Origin: Candidatus Bathyarchaeota archaeon
GTDB lineage: Archaea; Thermoproteota; Bathyarchaeia; Bathyarchaeales; DTEX01
Reading direction: 5' to 3'
Assembly: GCA_963714275.1 (NCBI GenBank)
Contig: CAVQNT010000005.1
Coordinates: forward strand, 96,001 to 160,000
Length of the DNA: 64,000 nt
The notes below the pieces were generated by a model, which searched no databases, had not been told where the DNA came from, and saw only the letters and a list, made by a program, of their open reading frames with translations. Below, in pieces: positions 43,320-54,241 of the stretch (the stretch's first letter is position 1; every line of letters begins with the position of its first letter). The position numbers and the translations under genes are program-made.

Positions 43320-44273
43320 ATGCGGAAAAAGATCAAGGTCTTCGTTTATTATGGGGATTTGTCGGAAGCTTTAGTTCAGCATATCCGTGATGTTTCTGAA
43401 AGAATCGAGGTTGCGGTTGTTAACGATGGCAAGTCTGCTTTAGAGGCTTTTATTGACGCCGAGGTTGTTTTTGGCAAATTCAATAAGGAGCTTTTTCAGC
43501 TGCGAAAAGGCTTAGGTGGGTGCAGACTAAGGGAGCAGGCGTGGATGTTCTATTATTTCCTGAATTCATCGAGTCTACCGTTGCCTTGACGAGTGCAAGT
43601 GGAATTCATGGAACACAGATTTCTGAAATGATCGTAGCGATGATGTTGGTTTTCACGAAACAGCTGCACAAGTTCATGCGTTACAAGTTTGAGGCGAAAT
43701 GGCAACCTCACACTCCTGACGAGCTGGCAGGTAAAACCTTAGGCATCATTGGGCTTGGAAGTATCGGCTCGGAAACAGCTGAAGAAGCTAAATGTTTAGG
43801 CATGAAAGTCATAGCCCTCAAAAAACATCCAGACAAAAAACCTGACTACGTGGATGAGCTCATAGATTCTGAAGGCTTTGACAGATTGTTGCGTCAATCC
43901 GATTTTATTGTTTTAACTTTGCCTTTAACTGGTGAGACACGCCACATGGTCAGTGAAGAACAGTTACGTTCGATGAAGCCAACTGCTTATGTGATCAACA
44001 TGGGCAGAGGAGCATTAATCGACACGAATGCTTTACTGAAGGCTTTGAGGGAAGGTTGGATTGCGGGCGCTGGATTGGACGTTTTCGAAAATGAGCCTCT
44101 CCCAACGGACTCGGATCTCTGGAAACTTGATAATGTCTTAATTACGCCGCATGTTGCTGGAGCATCTCCGTATTATGATGAAAGAGACTGTGGAAGTTTT
44201 CTGTGACAACCTGAAAAGGTACATTGAAGGTAAACCGTTAAGAAATGTGGTCGACAAGAAAGCGGGGTACTAG
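43320..44273 (+). CDS. D-2-hydroxyacid dehydrogenase; frameshifts
   Basis: GIIGLGSIG, PLTGET, IN.GRG, GAGLDVFENEPL, TPHVAG, C-terminal N.VDK..GY. Confidence 0.88.
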
Positions 44274-44403
44274 ATTCGGTTTCTCTGATTTCGATGACAA
44301 TTCTCTACGTAATCGAAAGTGAACCTTGACTTAGTTGATCTTTCAAAAAATATATGTTGGCAAGTTGTAATGTCATACAAAACAGATAGTACTCGTTAAA
44401 AGG

Positions 44404-45444
44404 ATGGTTAGTCTAATGGAGTTGCCTGACGTTTCCTTCTTCCTTTTCGGAATGGGCGACAGACGTAAACTCCTCTACATGGACGGCGTGCTCTGCGATG
44501 CTTTGACACACGAAGTCATACGAAAATGGAACACAGCCTCCGAAGACATACGAGCGTCAGAATACATGGTGACTCTGAAAACAAAACAAGGAATAAAAGT
44601 CACCATAAAAGAAAACAAGAAAGGAGTCTGGCTTAACGAAGGCAAAAAAAGAATTTGCCTAACTCAAAGCAACCTGACGCTACCACAGTGAAAGGGTCAT
44701 AAATACGCTCAATTGCTGCGAATTTTGCACCAAGAGATTTTAGTGAATGTCATTGATGGAAAAACATTGCCTAATTTTTTTGTTTACTCTAAGCCTTGGA
44801 TCAGGGACGCAGCTATGATGTGCACCTGCCTCGAAAGGACTGGTAATCTTCACCTCGTAAAAAACTGGATACTTGGACTGAACGAATCCTTCGACCGTAA
44901 CGCGGGCAATATCGAAACGGACAACTTAGGCTAATCCCTTTACATGGTTTCGCTTGTTTCAGATGCGTCTCATCCGTTTGTTGCAACAGTCCTTAATACC
45001 TTACCAGAATTTACGAAGGATAAATATGTCTTTGGCTTAACAGACTTCGCTGAGCATCCCGTTTACCAGACAAAATGGCTTAAGTATGGTTTAAAACGTC
45101 TGGGCTTAAGAGACATTTTCGAGATTCCAAAGGTTTTCGATAGCTACTCAGCCCTTTTCTGGATGGACTACAAAGACTTTCACGTCGAAGGCAAGCCTCT
45201 AAGCGAAAGAGACAAGGACCTTTATCCTTACCTAGGCTGGGCGGAAGCCCACTTCTACGGTTGGCCAATGCCAAAAACTCTGATTGGCGAAAACTATCCT
45301 GTTACTTGGGAAAGTCACGCAACCCAAGTAGACTATAACGGAATGGCAAGGATTTCGCAGCTTTACGTTGACAGCAAAACCTGTGCTCCTCACGGATGGC
45401 ACGCAGCGGAAGCATTCCTCTATTTACTCGAAAAAGAAGAATGA
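44404..45444 (+). pseudogene. Hypothetical (possibly (alpha/alpha)6 glycosidase-like) gene broken by two in-frame stops
   Basis: Three ORFs in one frame separated by TGA (44689-91) and TAA (44932-34). W.RDAAM and PHGWHAAE motifs. Confidence 0.65.
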
Positions 45445-45473
45445 CAATATTTTTCAATATGGTTCAAACGTGG

Positions 45474-45857
45474 CTAGGCTTTCTCGATTCTTATTTTGTC
45501 TCCGTCTCTAACATTCATTAGGAGTTTCGGGTCTCCCTTCACCTTTCCGAACACGTTGACAGGATTAGCAGGTCTAATTTCTTCCTCGTGGCTTATTGGT
45601 GTTGGACCGAAAAATATGCAGAATCCTTGCCCAGGAGGCCAATAGCCGATGTCTCCAAGTTCAACGGTTGGCTGAGCTTTTTCTGCGCCCAGTTTCACGG
45701 GGATAGAGAAGTATATTTCGTCGCCCCACGTATTGGCTCGCGTTTCGAAGGGAAGAGCGTCCCAGATTGCCTTTGCTGTCTTCGGGTTCTTTTCCTCAAT
45801 AATTTCGGCTTCTATTGTGCTGATTTTTTCGCTGATGATTTTAATAGTTTTTACCAT
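45474..45857 (-). CDS. Cyclophilin-like fold protein (DUF369/TM1367 type)
   Basis: P.TA.AI..ALP.....NTWGDEIYF, GDI.YWPPG..FCIFFG.TP.S. Confidence 0.85.
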   Translation of the reverse strand: MVKTIKIISEKISTIEAEIIEEKNPKTAKAIWDALPFETRANTWGDEIYFSIPVKLGAEKAQPTVELGDIGYWPPGQGFCIFFGPTPISHEEEIRPANPVNVFGKVKGDPKLLMNVRDGDKIRIEKA

Positions 45858-46066
45858 TTTCGCGCCCTCACCATAATTCGTTCTGTAAAGAATACTGGCT
45901 GCTGCTTCTTAAACAGTTTTTGCTTGAAAAAACAATATCTTGTGGGGAATTCTTTACTATCGGATTTCTAATAAGCCTTTCAAACGTGCTGATTTAGTCA
46001 TTCGTTGTATCAACTTTTCGTTCTTTAGGGAAACTGTTATGCAATGAATGTTCTTTACATCACATT

Positions 46067-46978
46067 ATGAATAAGGTTACAGTCGTCGGTGTTGGCAACC
46101 TCGGATCATGCATAGCCTACGAAATTGCGAGTCGCGGAATAGCAGATAGAATTGTTCTCGTCGACATTTACCACGAACTAGCGGAAGGCAATGCTGCAGA
46201 CATCTCGCAGGCAATGGCTTTCCGAAACAAAACTGAAGTCGTTGCTGGGAACTACGAGGATGTCAGAGGATCAAAGGTTGTTGTTGTCACAGCGGGAAAG
46301 CCGAGGACGCCTGACATGAAATCGAGAATGGAACTTCTTGAGGCAAATAAGAAAATCATCACTTCGGTGGCTTCAAACTTGAAACAGCATGGAGGAACGC
46401 CTATTATAATTACTCTCTCGAATCCCGTGGACGTCATGAACTATGTGATGTGGGCGTCAACGGGCAATGACCGTAAAAGAATCATTGGCAGCGCGGGAAT
46501 GCTGGACTCAGCAAGATTTCGAACAGTCTTGAATAGCATGTATGATGTGCCTAATCTTGACATCGAAGCCTACGTGATAGGAGAGCACGGAGACAGTCAG
46601 ATTCCAGTTTTCAGTCAAGTCACGATAAAGAAACACAAAAAAACGTTCACAGAAGAAGAACGCGTTGAGATAATGAGTAGACTGAAAGAGTCCGCGTTGC
46701 AGGTCATCTCCAAGAAGGGAGCAACGATCTATGCGCCAGCCAGCAACACAGCCAACATGATCGAAGCGATTTTAAAAGACGAAAAGAAGACATCTGTTTG
46801 CTCAGTGGTTCTGGACGGGGAATACAACCTCGAAGGTGTTAGCTTAGGGGTTCCCGTTGTACTTGGCTGTTACGGAGTTGAAAAGGTTGTAGAATGGAAC
46901 CTCGACGAATATGAAAGAAAATTGTTCTACAAAGGGGCTGAGCAGCTAAAAGAAACAATAAAAGCAATGGCAATCTAG
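46067..46978 (+). CDS. mdh: Malate/lactate dehydrogenase (LDH-like MDH)
   Basis: VGVGNLG, TAGKPR.P.MKSR, SNPVD, LDSARF, GEHGDS. Confidence 0.88.
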   Translation: MNKVTVVGVGNLGSCIAYEIASRGIADRIVLVDIYHELAEGNAADISQAMAFRNKTEVVAGNYEDVRGSKVVVVTAGKPRTPDMKSRMELLEANKKIITSVASNLKQHGGTPIIITLSNPVDVMNYVMWASTGNDRKRIIGSAGMLDSARFRTVLNSMYDVPNLDIEAYVIGEHGDSQIPVFSQVTIKKHKKTFTEEERVEIMSRLKESALQVISKKGATIYAPASNTANMIEAILKDEKKTSVCSVVLDGEYNLEGVSLGVPVVLGCYGVEKVVEWNLDEYERKLFYKGAEQLKETIKAMAI

Positions 46979-46985
46979 GTTAATG

Positions 46986-47744
46986 TCAAACTTTCTCCGC
47001 AGTGTTCCAGAGGTATTGAAAGTAGTCTTTTGCGAATTTCACTAATCCGCTGTGGTCTGACCATATTATTAATGAAGGCTTGTTTTCTCCAAGTATGAGA
47101 AGGGCTTCCCTTCCGTCGGCTATTACGCCTCCGCCAAACATGCTGTCTTTTCTTCTAACCTCATAAATCCGAGAAAGGACTTCGACGTCCAAGTTTAGGT
47201 CTTTAGAAACCATTATTTGAACCCGGATGTTTGCCCCCAAAAGCTCACCAAACAAAGGCATAACCGCATTGAGAATGGACTCTGTCAAAGGCGGCACTGC
47301 AAACATCAATTCCGTCTTTGCATTTCCAACAAGGTCCTTGAGCTTGGCCAAAGCGTCAAATTCACCGCGAAGTATCCAAACGTCAGGTTTTTCCCTTATC
47401 TCTCGCTTCTCGTACAACGGTTGCAGTTCGTCCAAGACCGTGTTCCGCCATAACTTCATCATGTTTTCAAGCCTCAACCTAGTTATGTCCAACGCTTCGC
47501 TTGGAGATTTCGGGTAATACTGGCGTGGTCTGTCCGTTTGTGTTTCGACCCAGCCTTTCCTTTCTAACGAGTTCAGAACCTCGTAAATTTTTGAATACGG
47601 AACATCCGTCTCATTGCTGATTTGGCTTGCTGTTGTTACTCCCACCTGCAGAAGGTACAGGTAAGCGCGTGTTTCATATTCTGTGAGTCCAGCTTCCCGT
47701 AAAGCATTCTTTGCTTTTTCGCTAATGCTCATCGTCAAACCCAC
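46986..47744 (-). CDS. TrmB-family transcriptional regulator
   Basis: GLTEYE.RAY..L, VPYSKIYEVL.SLE.KGWV, C-terminal PLD-like IADG. Confidence 0.9.
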   Translation of the reverse strand: MGLTMSISEKAKNALREAGLTEYETRAYLYLLQVGVTTASQISNETDVPYSKIYEVLNSLERKGWVETQTDRPRQYYPKSPSEALDITRLRLENMMKLWRNTVLDELQPLYEKREIREKPDVWILRGEFDALAKLKDLVGNAKTELMFAVPPLTESILNAVMPLFGELLGANIRVQIMVSKDLNLDVEVLSRIYEVRRKDSMFGGGVIADGREALLILGENKPSLIIWSDHSGLVKFAKDYFQYLWNTAEKV

Positions 47745-47830
47745 TTTTCACCTTAGGAAAAGTTTGGAAACCTTATTATATGAAATCTGTTCAACCATGA
47801 TATAAACATTACAACTGTCAGTGGTAAAAA

Positions 47831-49323
47831 ATGATCGTCATCAAACAGACCCAGTCTCTCTGCCCCGAATGCCTGAAAGTTTTAGACGCCACAATATATG
47901 AAGAAGACGATAAAGTTTACATCAAAAAAGAATGCCCCGATCACGGCGCATTCAAAGAGGTTTACTGGTCCGACTATGGACAGTACGAGCGAGTTAAAGC
48001 CTTCGAATACATTGGCAACGGAATCGAGAATCCACGAACTGAAACAAAGACTTGGCTGCCCTTACGATTGTGGAATCTGCCCAAAACATAAATCGCAAAC
48101 AGTTCTCGCAATAATTGACGTCACAAACCGATGCAACTTAAGATGCCCGGTATGCTTCGCCACGGCTGGAACAACGGGCTATGTTTATGAGCCCACAAAA
48201 GAACAAATTGAAGCGATGCTTGTTAACCTTCGAAGCAACAAGCCTGTGCCTGTTGATGCGCTTCAGTTTTCAGGTGGAGAACCCACAATCCGTGAGGACT
48301 TGCCGGGAGCTCGTGAAGATGGCGAAAGAACTGGGCATAAAACACATCGAAGTCAACACTAATGGCATAAGGCTCGCGTCAAGCGTGGAATATTGCCACA
48401 GCCTCAAAGAAGCTGGGGTCAGCACGATTTACTTGCAGTTCGACGGCGTCACGCCCGAAGTTTTCAAGTTTACCCGAGGAGCCGACCTGTTCCAAACAAA
48501 AGTGAAAGCCATCGAGAACTGCAGACAAGCAGGATTACACAGCGTTGTTTTAGTTTGCACCTTAGTAAAGGGTGTCAACGACCATCAAATAGGCGACATC
48601 ATCAAGTTTGCCATTGCCAACTTCGACATCGTCAGATGCGTGAACTTCCAACCTGTCTCGCTTTGCGGTCGAATCCCAGAAGAACAAAGAAAGCAAATGC
48701 GGATAACAATCCCAGAATTCATGAACGAAGTCGAAAAACAGACAGACGAACAAATCAAGACCTCAGACTTCTATCCTGTTCCTACCGTTGTGCCTGTGTC
48801 TCGTGCAGTTGGCGCTTTAAAGAAGAAACGTTACGTTGAGTTCACTGCCCATCCGCACTGTGGCATGGCAACCTACGTTTTCGTTGAAGACGGGAAGATT
48901 GTGCCAATTACCGAATATGGTAACGTCGACAATTTCATCAAGACAATGGAAAAAGCCTATGAAGAATATGAGAAGGGTCACGAAACGAGGTTGAAAATGC
49001 AGCTTATGGGTTCAATGCGCCACATCAAATTTGACATGTTAAAAAAATACATTTGGCCACTGCTGAAGACAGGCAGCTACTCTGCCTTAGGCGACCTTCA
49101 CCGTAAGATGCTCATGATTTCGTCAATGCACTTCATGGACCCATATAACTTCGACCTTGAAAGGGTGCAACGGTGCTGCATCCACTACGCAGTTCCAGAC
49201 GGAAGAATAATCCCGTTCTGCACCATGAACTCCATTCACAGGCCAAAAATCGAGAAAGAACTGGGCATTCCAGTGGACAAGTGGAGACAAATCCACAAGA
49301 AAGAGGTCGAAGCCGTCGCTTAG
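47831..49323 (+). CDS. tes: Tetraether lipid synthase (Tes/GDGT-MAS, MJ0619 family) radical SAM; frameshifted
   Basis: TQSLCPEC...KECPDHG, CPYDCGICPKH, VTNRCNLRCPVCFA, HPHCG, CCIHY...DGRIIPFC. Confidence 0.85.
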
Positions 49324-49372
49324 AGAAACCTATAAATTTAGGCGATGCTTGATGAGTGTGAGGGCATAAAAC

Positions 49373-49717
49373 ATGGGTGGCGGAAAAAAGAAGAAAAACA
49401 TCACGCAAATGGCGAAATCTCAAGAACTCGAAGAACGTAAAGGTCAACCGAAAGGTAAAGGAAGCGGAACTGGAATCTCTTCATCAGCAGCCGAAAAACG
49501 GGTACAAGGAATAACAGTCCCGAACCCAAAAGACAAGAAAATCGAAAAGGAACTGCAAGCCATGAAAGTTCTCACGCCATACTCGGTGGCTTCACGCTTT
49601 AACCTCCGCATAAGCGTCGCACGCGATTTCCTCGAAGAGCTTCAACGCGAAGGGCTCGTATCATTTGTAATAAGTGGAAAAGGAACAAAAGTCTATAAAC
49701 CTGTTGCCAGTTCATAA
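49373..49717 (+). CDS. rps25e: 30S ribosomal protein eS25
   Basis: MGGGKKK, KVLTPYSVASRFNLRISVARDFL.EL...G.V. Confidence 0.9.
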   Translation: MGGGKKKKNITQMAKSQELEERKGQPKGKGSGTGISSSAAEKRVQGITVPNPKDKKIEKELQAMKVLTPYSVASRFNLRISVARDFLEELQREGLVSFVISGKGTKVYKPVASS

Positions 49718-49893
49718 ATTTTTGTTTTTCTTTTTTTACGTTTTTCTCGTCAAAATAAGACTTAGAGTCACATCGATATTCTCACTGACCAGTTCTTATA
49801 CGGGGAAAACTAAACATTTAAAGCAGAGCTTTAGCAAGTGATTGTTAGAGGGAAAAGTTTCAGACACCCCACGATTTCTTGGCATGGTGAATT

Positions 49894-50467
49894 TTGGTTA
49901 TGGCTCTCGACCAGTTCATCTACACAAAGACGATTCTCATCGACGACGCAGGCTGGGGAGACCTGATATTGGGCGCCATCATAGGAGCCTTGAAGCTTCC
50001 GGACCATAAGTACATGGAACGTAGAATCCCAGTCACAGCTTTTCAACAGCCAAATTTCGTGAACAAATCTTACCTCGAAGAAGTCTGTCAGAATAGCCAG
50101 AGAAATCATCGACGTCATGCAGGCTGACCAACAAACCTGCTTTAAAGTCTGCTCCGGGTTCATCCTGTCTCGCGTCCGCAGTTACCTTCAGGAACAGGGA
50201 TTCCATGTTGAAAAAACGGTAATCACTGGCGAACTGCAGGAAAAGGTGGAAAAAAGCTTTGTCGACTGGTGTGTTGAAGTAGGCGTTCCAAAGGACAGGT
50301 TCGGAAATGAGAGACGGTTTTACCCATTACTTGATTGGGTGGCTGACATGTTTGAACTCAGAGAACGTCTCGTGAAGACAGGTTGGAAGAGCTGGCAGAA
50401 TAAATGGAGGCAGAAAGCTCAGGAAATTCACCTTCAAAAAATCGTTCAATCTCAAGGAAGACCATAA
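49894..50467 (+). CDS. Hypothetical protein with RNase H-like N-terminal motif; frameshift near 50095
   Basis: ILIDDAGWGD...GAIIG resembles the RNase HII GxDExGxG strand; two overlapping ORFs. Confidence 0.6.
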
Positions 50468-50524
50468 CTAAGGTAACTTTTAAAAATTATTTTCCAATTT
50501 TTTTTATGAAGAATAACAAGTTCA

Positions 50525-50915
50525 TTAAGTTCTCTTAACTGTAATTTTGGTTCCACTTTTTATTTTACTGAATATTTCAAGGTTTTCCATCATACTACCA
50601 ATTGAGTTTATGGAACTATAAGGACGGGTCCTTTCGTAGAATATGCAGAAAGCCCTGCCCATAGGCCAATACGCCAGTGTTCCTTGTTCTGCCACGTTTT
50701 TAGATTTTTCTTCTCCCAGTGTCAGAGGGACTTCGAAAAACACCTCGTTCGGATGCAATGCAGCTCGTCCTTCTATCGGTAGACTTCCTGACCAACGCGT
50801 CCACTGTTCTCGGAGCAAGGAATCTAACTAATTCGCCTTTCGCTTCGCCCATGCCTTCGATCATAAACGTTACAGGAATACGTGAGATGCTTTCGGTCGT
50901 GCCCTCTGCCTCCAC
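50525..50915 (-). CDS. Second cyclophilin-like fold protein; frameshift near 50785
   Basis: APRTVDAL...LP, EVFFEVP, LAYWPMG.AFCIFY. Confidence 0.78.
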
Positions 50916-50971
50916 ATTAATTGTTCGGGAAATCTTAATAAATGGTTCCGTTAATTCAAGCGTGATTCAGA

Positions 50972-51184
50972 ATGTTCAACGTTGAAGGTATAGACCTAAA
51001 GAAAAAAGACTTGGAAAAGCAGAGAGACAAACTTGTCGACGAGATAAAGAAGCTCGAAGAAAGACGCAAAAAAGGAGAGTTCGACGAAAATACATACAAA
51101 GAAAAGAGACGAGAAATCGAAAGAGCTATAGTCGAAGTCATGGACAGACTCGCCCAAATGAACTTCCTATCAGGAAAATCATGA
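50972..51184 (+). CDS. Small coiled-coil protein
   Basis: Charged helical ORF with KGEFDENTY motif. Confidence 0.6.
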   Translation: MFNVEGIDLKKKDLEKQRDKLVDEIKKLEERRKKGEFDENTYKEKRREIERAIVEVMDRLAQMNFLSGKS

Positions 51185-51330
51185 AACCAACAATCGCCTT
51201 AAAAGGAAAATTAAAAAAAGGAACTCTCACACGATCACACAACGATTACTCTTTTCCTGAAAACACCATAAATAATAGTGAAAACCTTAAAATACGAAGC
51301 ACCCTAATCCAGATGATACACAAAAGCCAA

Positions 51331-51422
51331 GCTCCGGTAGTATAGTCCGGTCAAGTATTCCGGCCTTTCGACCCAAAAATGGAAGACAGTCGGAAACCCG
51401 GGTTCAAATCCCGGCCGGAGCA
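51331..51422 (+). tRNA. tRNA-Glu(TTC) with ~17-nt anticodon-loop intron
   Basis: GCTCCGG/CCGGAGC acceptor, CCGGC-CTTTCG[ACCCAAAAATGGAAGAC]A-GTCGG, CCGGG-TTCAAAT-CCCGG. Confidence 0.92.
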
Positions 51423-51497
51423 CTTTACGTATTCCACGTTTTTTTGAATATCTACACATAGCTGAGTTAGCTAGCTAGCTTTATTCTGAATTTTTCT

Positions 51498-54146
51498 TTA
51501 GAATTCTAGGATGACTTCAGCACTGTCCTTGAAAGGTTCTATTTTGACTGTTTCAGTTTGGGCATCGTAGGTTCCGCCTTTAACTTTTGTTGCCTTTACG
51601 CCATCCGGATGAGGGAGACGAAGTTCTAAAATTCTGGGTTGCTGTTTTGATGGGCATTCTATCTTAGCCACAATTCGACCTTGCTTCAGTTTCGATTCAA
51701 CTTTGAGTGACATGGGTCCGAAATAGCTGGCAACCTTGTTTAGTTCTATGCGTTTGCCATTTTTCATCCAGTCTCTGGGGATTCCTGAAAGCAGTTTCAG
51801 TGTCTGACCTTGTTCCGTCCATAGCATCCACCGCGTCTGCATTAGGAACCATCCTTCTTCGTGCGTCTTGTGCGGGCTGCCAACGCCTGGGTAATGTTCC
51901 CAGAATGTGTAGGTTTCCTGGTCAGACAAGCTTGCGAGACTGTTATAATAGGCTTTTAGAAATGCCTTGATTTCGCCACGTTTAAGGTGAACCCACGGGT
52001 GCTGGCTGTAATAGGGTTGGCTTAATGCCACGTTACGTTCATGCATCAACTCCGTGCAACAGTTCACAAGCTGGTCCGCTGCTTTTTCTTTGGAATCGAT
52101 GACTTCCTGAAAAATTAGATGAAACGGTCCAAGAAGTGAATCTCTGCAGAAGAAGGTTAGGTGAGAGAACCAGTTGCCTTTTTCAGCGTAAAGCGATAGG
52201 AGACCTCGGGCTTCTGCCCAAGGAGGCGCAGTAGGGCACCATGTTCCGTCACCAAGTGGTACAACAGGTGACCTCGCCATCGCCTCAAAGAAAGCTTCGC
52301 GAATATCGCTTTTTAGCTCCTCAGCTTCCTGCTTTATCCTCCTTGATTGTATGGGATCCAATTTAGAGAACATCTCTGCGACACGGCTTAGACCAAGATA
52401 CGCATACCCATTCAGCATAAACTGGTGATACGGGTCGTGAGGATCTGCGACTTGTCCTTCGATCATTCCGTAGCCTTTTCCACGTAACCCTTCGTCTTTG
52501 TTCCGTTGACGACAACGTATGATGTATTCGCAAGACTTCAACAGTTTCGATGCAATGCTTTTAAACCATGCATCGTCCCGCATGTAACGGTAATGCTCAC
52601 CTATGCTCCATAGGGTTGCCCCTGTTTCCAGCATGTAATTGTCGAAATTCTGCATGAAGCCATCTTCGCGCTGTTTGTCAAGGAAGTACATTAAGGAACG
52701 CCGAGTCAGCTCGTGCCAACCCATAGAGTCCATAAACTGTATGATTGGAGCACTTTCCGAACCAATCGGAGAGTACACGCCAATTGTCGGTGTCACCGTG
52801 CCTCCGGGTTCAAGCCCGTAAGTAACAATGTCCAAATGCAACAGCCCAGCCTTAACCATTTGGTCAATACGTTTCTCGGGAAGCTTCACCTGCGCAGCGG
52901 ACTTCAGCTTCTTTTTCCAGAATTCCCGACATTCCAAATGGCGAATTTCGAAGTCTTGTTGTGCCAGCTGCAAGGCACGCTCTTTCGAAATCGGACGGTG
53001 AGGAAGATAAAAGTCGAAAACAGCTGTTTCGTTTGGCTTAAGCAGGATGGCTGTTTCTTCTTGTGGCAACGGTTTATTGTTAATTTTTGAGACACAGAAA
53101 ACCCGACCACTATCATAAATTCCAAATCCTGAGTTTCCATCGAATGAATATTTCAAAGGTTGACTCGACGTGGGAAAGACGCTTTTAAACCATGCATAAC
53201 GTAGCACAGAAGACATATTCTTTGCCTTAATTCGGTAGAAGAGAACTGTCTCCTCGTCTCGGTTCATCTCCTCTGGCTGCAGCTTCTGAAATTCCTTTTC
53301 TTGTCCATCAGTGAACGTGTGACCAAACGCGTTTCCGTCTGCAACTAGGAAGTGTGTGCCCCGAAGGTTCTTCGACGTAGGCTCGTTTCTCTCAAGCGTG
53401 ACAAACGCTGTAATGTTATAGTTAATGTCTTCATCAATAATCGACCCACATAGAATTGGCAAAACGCCATCCTTTAAGCTTCGAGACACGTTTTCGACAC
53501 ATCCGATACCGCGTCCAATAAAAAATTGGTAACAAACGGGATTATTGTTGGATTCGGGAAGCGAGACCAATGGACCATGGAACCGTGGCTGAATCCAGTC
53601 TAATCTTCCTCCTCGAAAGTCGACCTCGAAGATCCGTATGTCTCGGCTTACTCCTAACCAAGTTGGACAGCGAAGCTTCCGCGTGTTGGCTGCTGCTTCT
53701 TTATAACTTTCTTCATCTTCGCTCTGAATTTGCTTTAGTTTGGTTTTCAGCCCATAATTACGTATGGTCTCTCCAACTTGTTCATATGAACGTGTGTCAT
53801 CCGCATCAGTGGCAATTACTCCGTAGTCAGGAATAAAAATTGGGTATTCTTTGCTTACGTCTCTCAGAAAGAAACTAAAAGGATTCGTAACCGTGCGAAC
53901 AGTAATTATGGTTGCCCCAGACCCAAAATTGAGGTTATGTTCTTTAATCGAAACATTAAGTCCACATGAGCCGTGAGAAGTAAATGCGAAACTTTCACCT
54001 GTAATAGCACCTTGACCCTTTAAAATAATCAATTTTTCGAATTTACCGTCAGCTATTTCTAATTTTCCTTTGAGACCGCCTTTTTTCCACTCGATTGATA
54101 TGTTCTTCACGTTTAATCCATCCTTAAATCTCGAACCAAATCGCAA
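51498..54146 (-). CDS. Large hypothetical protein, probable (alpha/alpha)6 glycoside hydrolase/phosphorylase
   Basis: 882 aa. Helical catalytic region (ETG..LW...EHY...RD, N.YAY.GL, TFWE) and C-terminal beta domain (P.DW, SYFGP.S). Confidence 0.65.
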   Translation of the reverse strand: MRFGSRFKDGLNVKNISIEWKKGGLKGKLEIADGKFEKLIILKGQGAITGESFAFTSHGSCGLNVSIKEHNLNFGSGATIITVRTVTNPFSFFLRDVSKEYPIFIPDYGVIATDADDTRSYEQVGETIRNYGLKTKLKQIQSEDEESYKEAAANTRKLRCPTWLGVSRDIRIFEVDFRGGRLDWIQPRFHGPLVSLPESNNNPVCYQFFIGRGIGCVENVSRSLKDGVLPILCGSIIDEDINYNITAFVTLERNEPTSKNLRGTHFLVADGNAFGHTFTDGQEKEFQKLQPEEMNRDEETVLFYRIKAKNMSSVLRYAWFKSVFPTSSQPLKYSFDGNSGFGIYDSGRVFCVSKINNKPLPQEETAILLKPNETAVFDFYLPHRPISKERALQLAQQDFEIRHLECREFWKKKLKSAAQVKLPEKRIDQMVKAGLLHLDIVTYGLEPGGTVTPTIGVYSPIGSESAPIIQFMDSMGWHELTRRSLMYFLDKQREDGFMQNFDNYMLETGATLWSIGEHYRYMRDDAWFKSIASKLLKSCEYIIRCRQRNKDEGLRGKGYGMIEGQVADPHDPYHQFMLNGYAYLGLSRVAEMFSKLDPIQSRRIKQEAEELKSDIREAFFEAMARSPVVPLGDGTWCPTAPPWAEARGLLSLYAEKGNWFSHLTFFCRDSLLGPFHLIFQEVIDSKEKAADQLVNCCTELMHERNVALSQPYYSQHPWVHLKRGEIKAFLKAYYNSLASLSDQETYTFWEHYPGVGSPHKTHEEGWFLMQTRWMLWTEQGQTLKLLSGIPRDWMKNGKRIELNKVASYFGPMSLKVESKLKQGRIVAKIECPSKQQPRILELRLPHPDGVKATKVKGGTYDAQTETVKIEPFKDSAEVILEF

Positions 54147-54241
54147 TGTAAAATATAGTCTAATAAAAATAAAATTTTGGTATCAATTTTACTTTCAACT
54201 TAGGAATTTTTTTAAAAAAAAGAGAGTCGTTTCCATACATT

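Noticed and set aside
44404-45444. Stop-codon readthrough or recoding (Sec/Pyl)
   Set aside because: The two stops differ (TGA and TAA) and are single-base changes from TGG and CAA. Ordinary decay is more likely.
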